From Cyanidioschyzon merolae (lineage: Eukaryota): a stretch of DNA of 64,000 nt. The notes under the pieces were generated by a model that saw only the letters and a list, made by a program, of their open reading frames with translations, was not told the origin of the DNA and did not search any database. Of this stretch, positions 1 to 10,512 are shown one piece after another. Positions within the stretch are counted from its first letter, which is position 1. Every line of letters begins with the position of its first letter. The position numbers and the translations under genes were made by a program. The stretch lies in the NCBI GenBank assembly GCA_000091205.1, contig AP006498.2, one strand, 5' to 3'.

Positions 1-733
1 CACTTAAGAAGCAAGATGCGTCGAGGCTTGGACGAATGAACGGGATGAGGTTATCGTTTATTTTACGAACGCTCGCTCGAAGGCAAAGGGAATCCTCTCT
101 ACTCTTGTCAAATAACGAACTTCCGCGGCAAACTGTCGAAAAGGGCCACTCCGGAAACACCACCGTGAATCCTAAAACGACGCATGAGTCCACGAGCACC
201 TATTGCCGCAATTAGAAAGCAGTGGCTGTATATCTCAAAATGTTAGAAAACATATCAAAAGGCAGGGACGGAGCGAACGGTTCAGTGTTCCGTTTTAAGC
301 TGACACGGCGATATGTCGCTGGGTCAAACCTCAGCTCGCGACCAGAAGACTGCACGGGAGCCCCTGAGACGGACAGGCGTCTGCTGGAGCACGACGGTCT
401 CGTTACGTGCCTTCGACAGCGCCAAGGCATCGCTGCCATCTGGTCAGCTTCGTCGATCTAATACCAAAAAGAGACAGCGACACTGATTCCATACATGTTT
501 GCCTTCTCATGCACCCGTGCGGATACAATAACGCTGTAGTGCATCTGCCTTGCGTATACGTGGCAGGCACAAAAGTCTCAGCGCCGCTTCCAGCGCGCTG
601 TAATGTGTGGTGGCTGTTGCGTCGCCCGTCGTCGGTGGCGGTCGATCCCGCAGCCGCTATCTCGCGGTCAAGCGAATGCTAAGCCTGGACCTTGTAGGAG
701 CGTGGCGTCGTTTTTTCAAGTGAGGGAACGCGT

Positions 734-3070
734 TTGATGAGCTGGAATAGTGAGCGACGCGAGATCACATACGATTCCAGGTCGCTGCGCATTAACGGTA
801 AGCCGTTCTTCTGCCTCTCGGGGGCAGTGCACTATGTGCGTTCGCATCCGTCCGCTTGGCCGCAGATCTTCCGCTGCATGCGACGGGATGGGCTAAACAC
901 CGTAGAGACATATGTTTTCTGGGGTGATCATGAGTTTGAGCCTCCAGAGATGCCTGACGCGGAGCCGCGAGCAGACTTTAGTGGACCGCGCGACCTCGTG
1001 CGCTTCCTCCGCTGCGCAAAGTTGCACGGTTTAAACGCGATCCTCCGGCTGGGCCCCTATGTATGTGCGGAAGTGAATTATGGAGGCTTTCCATGGTGGT
1101 TACGCCAAGTATGTGAAAAGGGTAGCTCCAAGCCGGTGCGCTTTCGAACCTGGGATCCAGCGTACTGCGCGCAGGTGGAACGCTGGCTCAAGTATCTCGT
1201 GGATCATGTGCTGAAACCTGCACGAGTTTTCGCTCCGCAAGGCGGGCCCGTGATCTTGGCACAGATCGAAAATGAATACGCCATGATCGCCGAGAGCTAC
1301 GGCCCTGATGGTCAGCAATACCTCGACTGGATCGCCTCGTTGGCGAACCAACTGGCGCTCGGTGTCCCGCTGGTTATGTGCTACGGCGCCAGCCAGCGAG
1401 AGTCTGGACGCGTCATCGAGACCATCAATGCTTTTTATGCACATGAGCATGTGGAGTCGTTAAGGCGTGCTCAGGGGGCGAATCCGCAACCACTACTGTG
1501 GACAGAATGTTGGACCGGCTGGTACGACGTCTGGGGAGCGCCGCATCATCGACGCGACGCGGCAGACCTCGCGTACGCCGTGCTGCGCTTTTTGGCCGCA
1601 GGCGGTGCAGGCATTAACTACTACATGTACTTTGGAGGTACCAATTGGCGCCGGGAGAACACCATGTACTTGCAGGCTACCTCCTATGACTATGATGCGC
1701 CACTGAATGAGTATGTCATGGAGACGACCAAGAGCCGCCATCTGCGACGATTGCACGAAAGCATTCAACCTTTCCTAAGCGACCGCGATGGTGTTCTAGA
1801 TATGAGCCGCTTGGAGCTAAAGGTGTTCGAGGGCGAACGCCGCGCCATCCTCTATGAACGATCAACGGTTTCAGGTGATGCGGATCACAGGTCGGAAGAA
1901 AGTGTTCGGTGTGTATTTGACTCGGCCGACATTCGCGTGCACCTCGCTCTGGAGCTGCGGGAGATTATCGTGAACGCTGCGAGTAGGGATACCGGCCAAG
2001 ACCTCCGGTGGCGGATGCTCCCCGAGCCACCACCGCTGCGAGCAGCCCTATCCGATACATCGGCTACGCTGGCTACGATACCGGATCTTGTGGACGCTAC
2101 AGCGGGCACAAGCGACTATGCCTGGTACATACTGCGATGCCCTACAGCGCAAGGCAGCGGTCTACTACAATTAGAGGTCGCCGATTTCGGGCGAGTATGG
2201 AGGCGGAAAGCGGTCGATCAAGGCGACGACGCGGAGCGGCAGCCACTCGAGTGGGCCGCCGCCGGCCCAGAGCCGCCAGTAGAGGATCGCTTTCCGAACG
2301 CATGGAATTCCACGGAGTACGGGTACGGTATTGTAGAGGTCGGTGCGATCGACTGTCACGAGGAATATGTCGTGCTGGTGAGCTCTCTCGGCATGGTAAA
2401 GGGCGACTGGCAACTGCCACCGGGATACGGCATGGCTCGTGAACGCAAAGGCCTTCTCCGGGCATCGTACCGCTCCGATGTCACCTTCGCAGATGACGAG
2501 TGGCGGGATGCGCTCGTTGTTGGCTTCGCTGCCGGTCTCCGCGGAGAGCGCATTCGGAGTGTCATAGAGGGCGACGCAGACGCGTATCCGTATCTGTGGA
2601 CACCTCAGAAAGCCGCGCTCAGCGGCAGGCGATTCTCTTGGCCGCGCTGGTATCGCGCATCGCTAGCGATACCCCCGCCAAACGCTGATGAAACCGAGGG
2701 CATCATTTTAGACCTCTATGAAAGCGGCGTTGAAAAAGGATGGATCTATATGAACGGAGAACCGTGCGGGCGCCACTGGCGAGTTCACGGAACTATGCCG
2801 AAAAACGGTTTTCTTCGACAGGGCGACCAGGAGGCACCGATTGAGCAAGTGGGCCATGGCCAGCCGACGCAGCGGTATTTTTATATACCGCCGTGGCATT
2901 TGCATGCCAAGGGACGCCCTTCCACACTCGTCATATTCGATGAACACGCAAATGGCGAGTACCGGGAGTTCGAACCGCATCGCCTGCGCGTATACCGCGC
3001 TGTGCTCCGCGTTGTCGAGTCGACGCCCACATCCGATAACGAGAGCAAGTCTGAAGCGTTTATCGTCTGA
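734..3070 (+). CDS. Glycoside hydrolase family 35 beta-galactosidase
   Basis: 778-aa uninterrupted ORF. The N-terminus matches the GH35 consensus ('ITYDSRSLRINGKPFFCLSGAVHYVRS', 'NTVETYVFWGDHE', 'ILRLGPYVCAEVNYGGFPWWL'). 'QIENEY' is the catalytic acid/base motif and 'PLLWTECWTGWYD' the nucleophile region. No signal peptide is visible. Confidence 0.85.
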   Translation: MMSWNSERREITYDSRSLRINGKPFFCLSGAVHYVRSHPSAWPQIFRCMRRDGLNTVETYVFWGDHEFEPPEMPDAEPRADFSGPRDLVRFLRCAKLHGLNAILRLGPYVCAEVNYGGFPWWLRQVCEKGSSKPVRFRTWDPAYCAQVERWLKYLVDHVLKPARVFAPQGGPVILAQIENEYAMIAESYGPDGQQYLDWIASLANQLALGVPLVMCYGASQRESGRVIETINAFYAHEHVESLRRAQGANPQPLLWTECWTGWYDVWGAPHHRRDAADLAYAVLRFLAAGGAGINYYMYFGGTNWRRENTMYLQATSYDYDAPLNEYVMETTKSRHLRRLHESIQPFLSDRDGVLDMSRLELKVFEGERRAILYERSTVSGDADHRSEESVRCVFDSADIRVHLALELREIIVNAASRDTGQDLRWRMLPEPPPLRAALSDTSATLATIPDLVDATAGTSDYAWYILRCPTAQGSGLLQLEVADFGRVWRRKAVDQGDDAERQPLEWAAAGPEPPVEDRFPNAWNSTEYGYGIVEVGAIDCHEEYVVLVSSLGMVKGDWQLPPGYGMARERKGLLRASYRSDVTFADDEWRDALVVGFAAGLRGERIRSVIEGDADAYPYLWTPQKAALSGRRFSWPRWYRASLAIPPPNADETEGIILDLYESGVEKGWIYMNGEPCGRHWRVHGTMPKNGFLRQGDQEAPIEQVGHGQPTQRYFYIPPWHLHAKGRPSTLVIFDEHANGEYREFEPHRLRVYRAVLRVVESTPTSDNESKSEAFIV

Positions 3071-3980
3071 TAGGTACGCACGGGCGTAGGGCTTGTCCGT
3101 GTGTTGGATTGATCATGCTTTGCCATGACATCCACGGAGATATCGCACGATCGTCCATACGGAACCCTGGGATAGAAGCAGAGTTGTTGAGGACTGGATG
3201 TTCGTTGCGGGCAGCGCATGCAAGATTGCAAAGAAAGGTTCACGTCCAGTGCCCAGAGCCGCTCCGGTCTCGCACGGAAATGCGTCGCATGGGAGTCGAC
3301 CAATTGGATAAACAGTCGTCCGATCGTTACGAGTACTTTGCGCGTCCGAACGCGTTCAACGGAAGAAGCACAGAAGGCCCCGAAGTATGCTACGCAAGTC
3401 GCGGCTGGGACTTGACGGAAACAGGCTAAACCTTTACCAGGTCCCGCCAGGGAAGCGCACTCTAGTGCACCGAGATGAACCAATGAAAATAGGTGTTCGG
3501 GCTCTGCCTGTAACACGTTTTTTACACGAGTCCAAGAGCAACACGTTGACCTGTACGAGCGGCAAACGCAGGTACGGGACTTTGATGACTCTCGCCGCAG
3601 CCCGCATCGCACTGATACGAACACAGACGCACGCTGTTCCCGACTTGCATCGCCCAGACGGATTCACTGCCTGTATGGAAGCGGCCAGGGCGATAACGTC
3701 GACCGCCTCACATTGAAGCGCAAGGCTGCTAGTGCATTCACGCATTCGCGCCATCCCAAGTCATGTTGAGCGCTTGTCGAAGCGTGTCGATACGCACGTT
3801 CCCTGCCAACCAATGCGGTAGCTGCGGGAGCACCGGCGTGGCGGCACATGGCACGCTCGGTGCGCTGCATCGATACCAAGGCCGCACCGCGGCGCTGTCC
3901 ATATCGAGAACGACTTGCAGCCGAGCTGACCAACACTGCAAGCAACGAGAGGCTAGCGTGTCCTCCGGAGGATGCTTTTC

Positions 3981-4190
3981 CAAAACAATGCACCGAAAAC
4001 GATCGCGTGATGGAAAAGCAACCTGGGAGAGGAGGCGCACATGCCGAAAACAATGCACCGAAAACAATCGCATGATGATAAACCTCCCCAAGAAAGGAGG
4101 CACACGTGCCGAAAACAATTTACCCAAAGCGATCGCGTGATCATAGACCTCCCCAAGAAGGAAGGCACACGTGCGCAATGCTGCCGAAAA
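3981..4190. repeat. Tandem repeat, ~65-bp unit x3 ('...caccgaaaac(g/a)atcgc(g/a)tgatg...ggaggc(g/a)cac(a/g)tgccgaaaacaat...')
   Basis: Three consecutive, diverged copies are visible by direct reading. They explain the many overlapping short ORFs on both strands at 3738-4178. Confidence 0.6.
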
Positions 4191-4537
4191 TGGTATGCTC
4201 TATGACGTCGTTGCTGCCATCGTCACGCGCGCCGTATCAGGCGCGATGCCGTTGCGCCCGCGGCAGTGTGCCGATGCGCGCAGAAGCACGCACGCGCCAC
4301 TGCAGGATCGCACGTGTAGCGGACACGTGTCCATGTTGAGCGCGTGGCAATGCACGCCAGCAAGCGCTCCAAAGTATTTGAGTGGCGGTTCTTTGTACTC
4401 TACCCGTGACACATCCTTGACGCCTACTGCTATAGTGACGAGTTGACCTGGAAAGACACTTTGATAAAAGGGCTTGCAAGAGCGTGTTGTATAGTTGAAC
4501 GCTGTGTAGATCGGACACGCGCATCGAACTGCTGAAG

Positions 4538-5668
4538 ATGAGTAGCGACTCGGGCAGCAACACGATCCGTTGTGGACACGCTGTCACGTGCGATCCCGCA
4601 GTGAAGCGTGTTCCGTTCGAGGTCGCTTTTGCAGTGACGCCGCTTGGGTGGACTCGATCTGCGAAATTGGGATCTGCGGTAACCGAGGAACGCGCTTTAA
4701 GTAGTCGATTGGTCTCGAGGTACTGGCAGGTGGCGCGGTCGTCGCTGACGGCCCCGAACAGCGATACGAAGGTGCGCGCCAGCAGTCTACGTGTCCGCTG
4801 GTTTATGAGTTCGACGCAGCAAGATTGTTCCGAAAGCGTCAATCGGGTCGCGAACTTGAGGACGGAGTCTCATGTACTCTCTGATCGCGGCGAAAAGGAC
4901 AACCTCCAGCTGCCGTTGGATACGAGTTTTTCAGCATCTTCCAGCGATCCAGGTTCAGCGTTACATGGTGAGTTGCCACGTTCCCCACGTCTGGCACGAC
5001 TGGTGCCGCTGGAAGTTCAGTTATTTTTGTTGGCGCTGCTCCCGTCAGGTGTGCGATCGAGGTCCCAGTACGCTCGTCGAGTCTCTCAACGCGTGGCGCG
5101 TCTTCGCTACATCCTCCGACAGCGAAAATGGAACCGGACTGGTACGAGAAGCTCCGAATCGGATCATCCCTTTGAATCGAATCAGATGCAGATCTCGGTA
5201 TCACTGCATCCGCGGAGCCCTCGAAGCGGCTCCACAACACCCGATGATCTTGCAGTGATGCCCTCTTCTCGAGAACAGCTGGAGCGGATCTGGGAACGAG
5301 CGTCTCCGATGCAACAGAGCGTCGAGCGACCTAATCCAGAGCACCATGAGGTGAACGATTCGGCTACGGTTTGGGAAATGGGAGAGCGTGCACTCAGCTT
5401 TTTGCTGCAGACGCGCCGCCGGCGACTCCTCATGTACGCCTTATTGTTGACGATGATTCTGGCTCCGGCGCGAGCCGAAGGTCTTGCGCGATGGGCCGGC
5501 GAGCTGGGTATTCGGCCACTTGCTATTCGGCACCCCATTTTTGCAGTGCTCTCCGTGTTATTGGACATGTACCAGGAGCTGGTCGGAAGCAACCTCATTC
5601 CCGATGATTCGCACTGGAGTCTGATCGCGCACGTTGTCGAAGTGGTGTTGCTGATGGTCGCCATGTGA
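4538..5668 (+). CDS. Hypothetical protein with a C-terminal hydrophobic (tail-anchor-like) segment
   Basis: 376-aa ORF with no recognisable domain. The C-terminus is hydrophobic ('LLMYALLLTMILAPA...VVEVVLLMVAM'). Coding status is uncertain. Confidence 0.25.
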   Translation: MSSDSGSNTIRCGHAVTCDPAVKRVPFEVAFAVTPLGWTRSAKLGSAVTEERALSSRLVSRYWQVARSSLTAPNSDTKVRASSLRVRWFMSSTQQDCSESVNRVANLRTESHVLSDRGEKDNLQLPLDTSFSASSSDPGSALHGELPRSPRLARLVPLEVQLFLLALLPSGVRSRSQYARRVSQRVARLRYILRQRKWNRTGTRSSESDHPFESNQMQISVSLHPRSPRSGSTTPDDLAVMPSSREQLERIWERASPMQQSVERPNPEHHEVNDSATVWEMGERALSFLLQTRRRRLLMYALLLTMILAPARAEGLARWAGELGIRPLAIRHPIFAVLSVLLDMYQELVGSNLIPDDSHWSLIAHVVEVVLLMVAM

Positions 5669-6428
5669 GGCGGTCACAGACCGCGGCATTCGATTGTATA
5701 TTATTCTCATGTGTACAGTACAGCGTTCAGGCTTCATAATTGCATTGTTCGCGAAAAATCCAATGAAAAGAACACAGTGTCCTTCAGCAACCAGAGACGA
5801 AGGTGCGCTTGGATCACATAGCCTTGGAACGGCGGTTTGTACACTTTATTCGTACTTGTCTATATCGTTCCCACATGTATGTAGCATTTGTATAGTAGAG
5901 CGCTCGATTTTGAGTGGAGCGCGAACGTCGCGGTGGCTTGTACGCGTCACGAACGGGTTGCGACGCACACGAGCAGCAAGCCGGCCGCCGGCTTGCTCTG
6001 CTGACTGCTGAGCTTAGCGCGCACCGCAACCTGCCAACCTCCCAACCGAGTTGACGAGAGCAGCCCGCCTTGTCTCGATTAAGTGTCTTGCATGCAATCA
6101 GGTGCTTGCGGAAAGCACCAGCATTTGTGAGCAGTTTCCAACGCACATTCGTTGGGGGCTCTCGCGCACCTACGTTTCAATCACGACACTCGCCCCGGAA
6201 CTGCACGGAACCAGTACGTCGAGCTTGTCCAAAACCTGTCTAGGACATATCCTCAAACAGTATCAGCGACACCATTGGCCTCGCGTACCGTTCCGGGAGC
6301 CTTCTCGAGACAGACGCTCGCCGTGCAAGACGTTGCCGACGCGTGCTGCGACTGCTTCGAACCCACGTCGTGTGCAGCCGCCTGGCGTTTGCGCTCAATC
6401 CATGTAAAGTATCATTCCACTTGAGTGT

Positions 6429-7220
6429 TTACGACGGCTTCCACTTGATACTACATCCGATGCTCGGCAGTTGATTTTCCGGAGGTGACTGTCCATTCAC
6501 GCATAACTGGATGGCGTTCCGGAGGTCCTCACCTGTCACAGGAATATCGTTTCCGGGTCTACTGCCGTCCAAACGCCCCCTATAGAACAGCTTGCGCTCG
6601 TGATCCAGAAGGTAAAAGTCGGGCGTGCACGCGGCTTTCCAGCCACGAGCAACATCCTGTGTTTCATCGTAGAGAATCGGAAACTGATAGCGACGCGTTT
6701 TGATTTCCTCCGCCATACGCTCCGGTGCGTCGTCCGGGTGTGTTCCGACAAAGTTACTGCTGATGCCAACCATTTTCACCGGGCCAAACTTTCCAGAACT
6801 AATATCTGCACTCAACCGAGAGAGCTCGCCAGCAATGTGCTTCACAAAAGGACAGTGCGCAGCCAAGAACACCACAACGAGGGCTTTCGGCGGCGGACTG
6901 TCCGCGTAGAGCGAATCGAGAGACACGATTTCTCCTGTAGTTACGTCGGGTAAAGCAAACGCCGGCATAACCGTGCCGAGTTCAACCATAGCAGACTCCG
7001 TACGAACCATTTGAAGCTGTTGAAACGTGCTTCTAGCAGACGGCAAGCGCGTACCCCGGCTGACTCGTCGCGCAGTGCGAGCTTCGCTCCGCACAGACGC
7101 TGTTCGTCGTCCCCGAACAAGGCCTTGGCTCACTGGCCTTGTCGTCGTAAGCCTAGGTGCTAGCAAGAACCCCAAGTATCCCTTGACGCATGCAGTGGCT
7201 CGCATGCGCTCCAGTTGCAA
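6429..7220 (-). CDS. Thioredoxin-fold redoxin (AhpC/TSA-redoxin family) with presequence-like N-terminus
   Basis: Thioredoxin-fold motifs 'KALVVVFLAAHCPFVKH' and 'TPDFYLLDHERKLFYRGRLD'. The first ~70 codons are Arg/Ser/Thr-rich and the ORF's first 60 bp overlap the end of the TnpB-like ORF. The true start may be the internal Met at about 7010 ('MVRTESAMVELG'). Confidence 0.6.
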   Translation of the reverse strand: MQLERMRATACVKGYLGFLLAPRLTTTRPVSQGLVRGRRTASVRSEARTARRVSRGTRLPSARSTFQQLQMVRTESAMVELGTVMPAFALPDVTTGEIVSLDSLYADSPPPKALVVVFLAAHCPFVKHIAGELSRLSADISSGKFGPVKMVGISSNFVGTHPDDAPERMAEEIKTRRYQFPILYDETQDVARGWKAACTPDFYLLDHERKLFYRGRLDGSRPGNDIPVTGEDLRNAIQLCVNGQSPPENQLPSIGCSIKWKPS

Positions 7221-7690
7221 ATGCTTCTGGCGGCACAGTCGAGACGCTGCGGTCGGCAGTACAGTAGTGGCGAGAAACCCGCCGTAAACACGACGTCTGC
7301 CACTGACGTGCAGACGCCTCCCAGCCTTTCTCGACCGGCACCCACTACTGCTTCCAACTTCTTCTCATATAATTCCACTTTTAGAGGTTGTCCAATAAAG
7401 TTCACTCTTGTGGACCTTCGGGGTCTTTTCTCGAGCACTGCAGATCTTACATTGATCGCAGCATTGAAGTCACGATTCACAAACTCAATCCGTTTCTTTC
7501 CGTTGGTTGTACGTACTAATGCAAGTAGTCCACGAACTTTCGCCATCTTTTTCATTTGCTCTTCCGTCAGCGGTCCGTATTTTTTTATATCCTCAGGGTT
7601 CCGCTGACACTTTTCCATCTCCACTCTCTGAAGTGTACAACCCAGTTCATGGTGTGTATAAGACGTTCGAAACTCATCTATCGGTATCAT
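7160..7690 (-). CDS. TnpB/Fanzor C-terminal segment (TS-x-x-C zinc-finger region + RuvC-III 'RDxNAAxN')
   Basis: 'IDEFRTSYTHHELGCTLQRVEMEKC...KRIEFVNRDFNAAINVRSAVL'. The tail 'LKVELYEKKLEAVVGAG' aligns with the relic at 60957-61280 ('LRLEVCAEKLKPIAGG'). Confidence 0.7.
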   Translation of the reverse strand: MIPIDEFRTSYTHHELGCTLQRVEMEKCQRNPEDIKKYGPLTEEQMKKMAKVRGLLALVRTTNGKKRIEFVNRDFNAAINVRSAVLEKRPRRSTRVNFIGQPLKVELYEKKLEAVVGAGRERLGGVCTSVADVVFTAGFSPLLYCRPQRLDCAARSICNWSACEPLHASRDTWGSC

Positions 7691-7818
7691 AACGAAACGC
7701 CGTGTACACTCCTTGTACGTTCTTGTCGTTGGAGCTGGCGTAGTTCCTTTTTGGGTCTTCCAACGCCCTGCTCAGTATGCCACAACGAGCCTCTGACTTT
7801 GATCCTCTTTGAAGGCAC

Positions 7819-8370
7819 TCAACTGATTGAAAAATTCGCGAATGCACGCTGCTTACCACAGTATAGCTTCATTCGCAAACGAGCCCACCGGGGCTTTGTA
7901 TACTCCTCCCACAGCGGCTTCCAGTGAGCAACAGGAACTTCCATGATTTTCCGAAAAGCATCAAAGTCCGCTCCTCGGCTCGTCACCTCGCTCAAAGTTT
8001 CCAGGTGCTCTTTCATTCCTGAATTGCAAGTCTCGATGTTCTTCGTCGTATTCAATATACGGGATTCTCGGTAATATCTCGCTCTCGAGAACCTCAACAG
8101 ACGCATGTCTTTCTGAAGTAAGTTGCCGTCAGTACGAGCTTCCGCACTCCTGGGTACTGCGATGGTAATGATGTTAGTGCTCCCGGGGTCCGCGCCAACG
8201 ACAAAGTCGTTATCCTGCACTTTCTGTGTGGCAGGATCCGAATCCTTCTTTTCATCATGCTTCGCCGCGTCAACGACATGGTCGTTATCCTGCACCTCCT
8301 GTGTCGCAGGATCCGCCTCCTTCTCATATTCATGGTTCGCCGAGGGCGGAACTGGACGACCTTTCTTCAA
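7819..8370 (-). CDS. TnpB/Fanzor middle segment containing RuvC-I (GxDxG) and the helical linker
   Basis: '[30 protein letters not shown]', then '[16 protein letters not shown]'. A partial upstream duplicate '[19 protein letters not shown]' is present. Confidence 0.6.
   Translation of the reverse strand: MKKGRPVPPSANHEYEKEADPATQEVQDNDHVVDAAKHDEKKDSDPATQKVQDNDFVVGADPGSTNIITIAVPRSAEARTDGNLLQKDMRLLRFSRARYYRESRILNTTKNIETCNSGMKEHLETLSEVTSRGADFDAFRKIMEVPVAHWKPLWEEYTKPRWARLRMKLYCGKQRAFANFSIS
8190..8330. repeat. ~72-bp tandem duplication (2 copies) inside the TnpB-like coding region
   Basis: 'acgacaaagtcgttatcctgcactttctgtgtggcaggatccga' recurs ~72 bp later as 'acgacatggtcgttatcctgcacctcctgtgtcgcaggatccgc'. 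On the minus strand it encodes 'DPATQ(E/K)VQDND(H/F)VV' twice. Confidence 0.55.
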
Positions 8371-10512
8371 CAGCCGATAGTTTACACACTAGGCTACTCC
8401 ATCGGTTTCGATGATCCCAGTGAATACCTTTTGCTTGCTCACTTTGAGACGTTTGAAATCGAAGATATTCTTCCAGTGCGTCTCCCGGTTTTCACCGGAG
8501 AATTCCTCCCTGTTGACACTGAACTCCGGACTGATCTCCTTCATGATGCCGTGAAGGATTCTGGAGTCGATAGTCATAAAAAGTGACTTGATGTTGCACA
8601 TTGGAACCATGTTGAACCGCTTCCCCATTAGGACAGCCTTCCGTCTCTCCCACTCTTCATTGCTTTCCTCACTCAGCTTCATCTCTGCCTTGGGATCGAG
8701 CTCTCGGTCCAAAAACAGGAAATAGCGCAGGACGAGGCGATAGTATCTTTCCTTATCTTTTTTCAACTCTGATACGTTCTCTGCTGGATTCGCAAACCCT
8801 AGTACCGCACGATGCTCTTGTATAACCGCACGCATTACAGAAGCTTCATTCGTGAACTAGTTTGACGCTTTCTTGTCAACGAATTCGACCTCATCTTCAC
8901 GCTTACGATCTTTCGTGACGCCATTGATAATCGCACATTTCCCATTGCGAGATAGGCCCAGGTAGAGTGCAACCACGGCGCGTATCATGAAACGTTCGAG
9001 GTTCGTTGTCAAATGGTTCTTCAGGTTCGTGATGCACTTCATCGCCCCATAGTCGTAAATATCCCGGTCACCCCTGTATCAAATACCGTTGGAGATGTAA
9101 AAGGAGTATTTTTGGCAGAGGGCGTGCACTCGCTCATTTTCCGTCCGCGTTCCCCCTGTGCCAAGCATCAGGTGACGAATAAAGGTCGTGTCGAACAACT
9201 CGTCTGGAACCTCGACTGTTTCCATGTGCGTCACGTCTTCATACATCTCCCTCGCCAAATGCATCAGTCCTGACGACGCCTTGACAAAACTCTTGGAGTA
9301 CGAATCGACACGGTTTCTGATAGCGTCTCGCAACTTTTCCTTGTACGGATTTTTGATATGTTTAAGAAGACCGGCTTTCACCCCCGTCTCGTCGCACAGT
9401 TGTCTTTCGCGCAGCTTTTGACGTCGGGCCTACCCCTTTTGCTTCTACTTCTTTTCCTGCTCTTCTGGACTCGGATTTTTTTTTGTTTTTTTCTGGCAGC
9501 CGGCGACACTGGGCCTCCAGGATCGTCGACTAGCTTTTTCATAACTCTCCTTTTTTAGTTTTTTTAAAAAGAACGCTCTTTGAACCCTTCTGTTATGTAC
9601 TGCGAAAAAGCACTTGACTAGACTTGTTTGAGGGTTGAAACATAATTGATCTGAAAACTATACTTTGCTACGACTTAAAAGCAAATGCAACTTGTACGTT
9701 AGAACAACAAGTCGACGAATGATCATGATCGCGTTTCCATGCAAAGGCGAGTTGCACGCCGTATCTCTTGCGGCCCTGATCTCCAAGAAGCGCTATCCAC
9801 CGCACTATTTAGAAAAAAGAACATAAACCAACCCCTAACTAGCAACGAAATAATAATTTCTTTCCGTCTCTACTGTAAACGATAAAAGGGCGAAAAGATT
9901 TCCATATTGTGGAAAGTTTAGCTTGTCTGCGGAAGGTCCCTCGAGCCAGACGAGTCTGCAAGCCTGGTGCCCGGTGTGCCTCTAACGTGGCTGATGCCGC
10001 TGCAATGCCTGCGTATCTCGTCTCCAAAGCGGCTTATTCTGGGACTAGAGGCAGTTATGCTGCGTCTGGACGTCATCCTGTTCGCGGTGGACTCCTAGTA
10101 TGTTGATTCGCGCTGCCGCAGGCAGTACGTATGTCTGCGCAGCTTGCTGGCTCCCAGAGTCATTATGCACTCGGAGTCCAAGTCAGCTGAACGACGCTTC
10201 GAGCCAATGCCCTCACTGGTATGGCAAAGCTATTTTGTCTCTATGATGCATCCGCTCCAGTAGTTTAGGCACTACGGCGGGTGCTCACGGTAGGTACTCG
10301 GCGCAAGTTAGAACGCACGAAACGACCAGTATATCCGAGAGGACGTATGGGTAATGGAACGTTAAGGCGGGGTACAGCACGATGGACACTTTTTCGATAA
10401 CCAATATTCATCCTGCAATCTGGGATCCATGGCCAATGTACGCGAATTATGTCATCGAAAAAAATTGGACATGCGCCCGCCATCGGCCTTGTGGCTCTCC
10501 TGATGGCAATGT

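Larger units (their letters stand above)
7160..9381 (-). mobile_element. Fanzor/TnpB-like (OMEGA-family, IS200/IS605 OrfB-type) RuvC nuclease gene, fragmented over >=5 frames (possible pseudogene or short-intron gene)
   Basis: Co-linear minus-strand ORFs 9079-9381, 8857-9042, 8389-8835, 7819-8370 and 7160-7690. RuvC-I is '[16 protein letters not shown]...DG'. 'PIDEFRTSYTHHELGC' is the P-x-x-TS-x-x-C entry to the Zn-finger/TNB region. RuvC-III is 'RDFNAAINVRS'. A candidate RuvC-II 'RALEDPKRN' is readable only in a third frame at about 7700-7800. Confidence 0.65.

Noticed and set aside
1100-2465. Antisense and alternative-frame ORFs (74-144 aa) overlapping the GH35 gene
   Set aside because: They lie fully inside a well-supported 778-aa CDS and have no motifs. 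They are typical spurious ORFs of GC-rich coding DNA.
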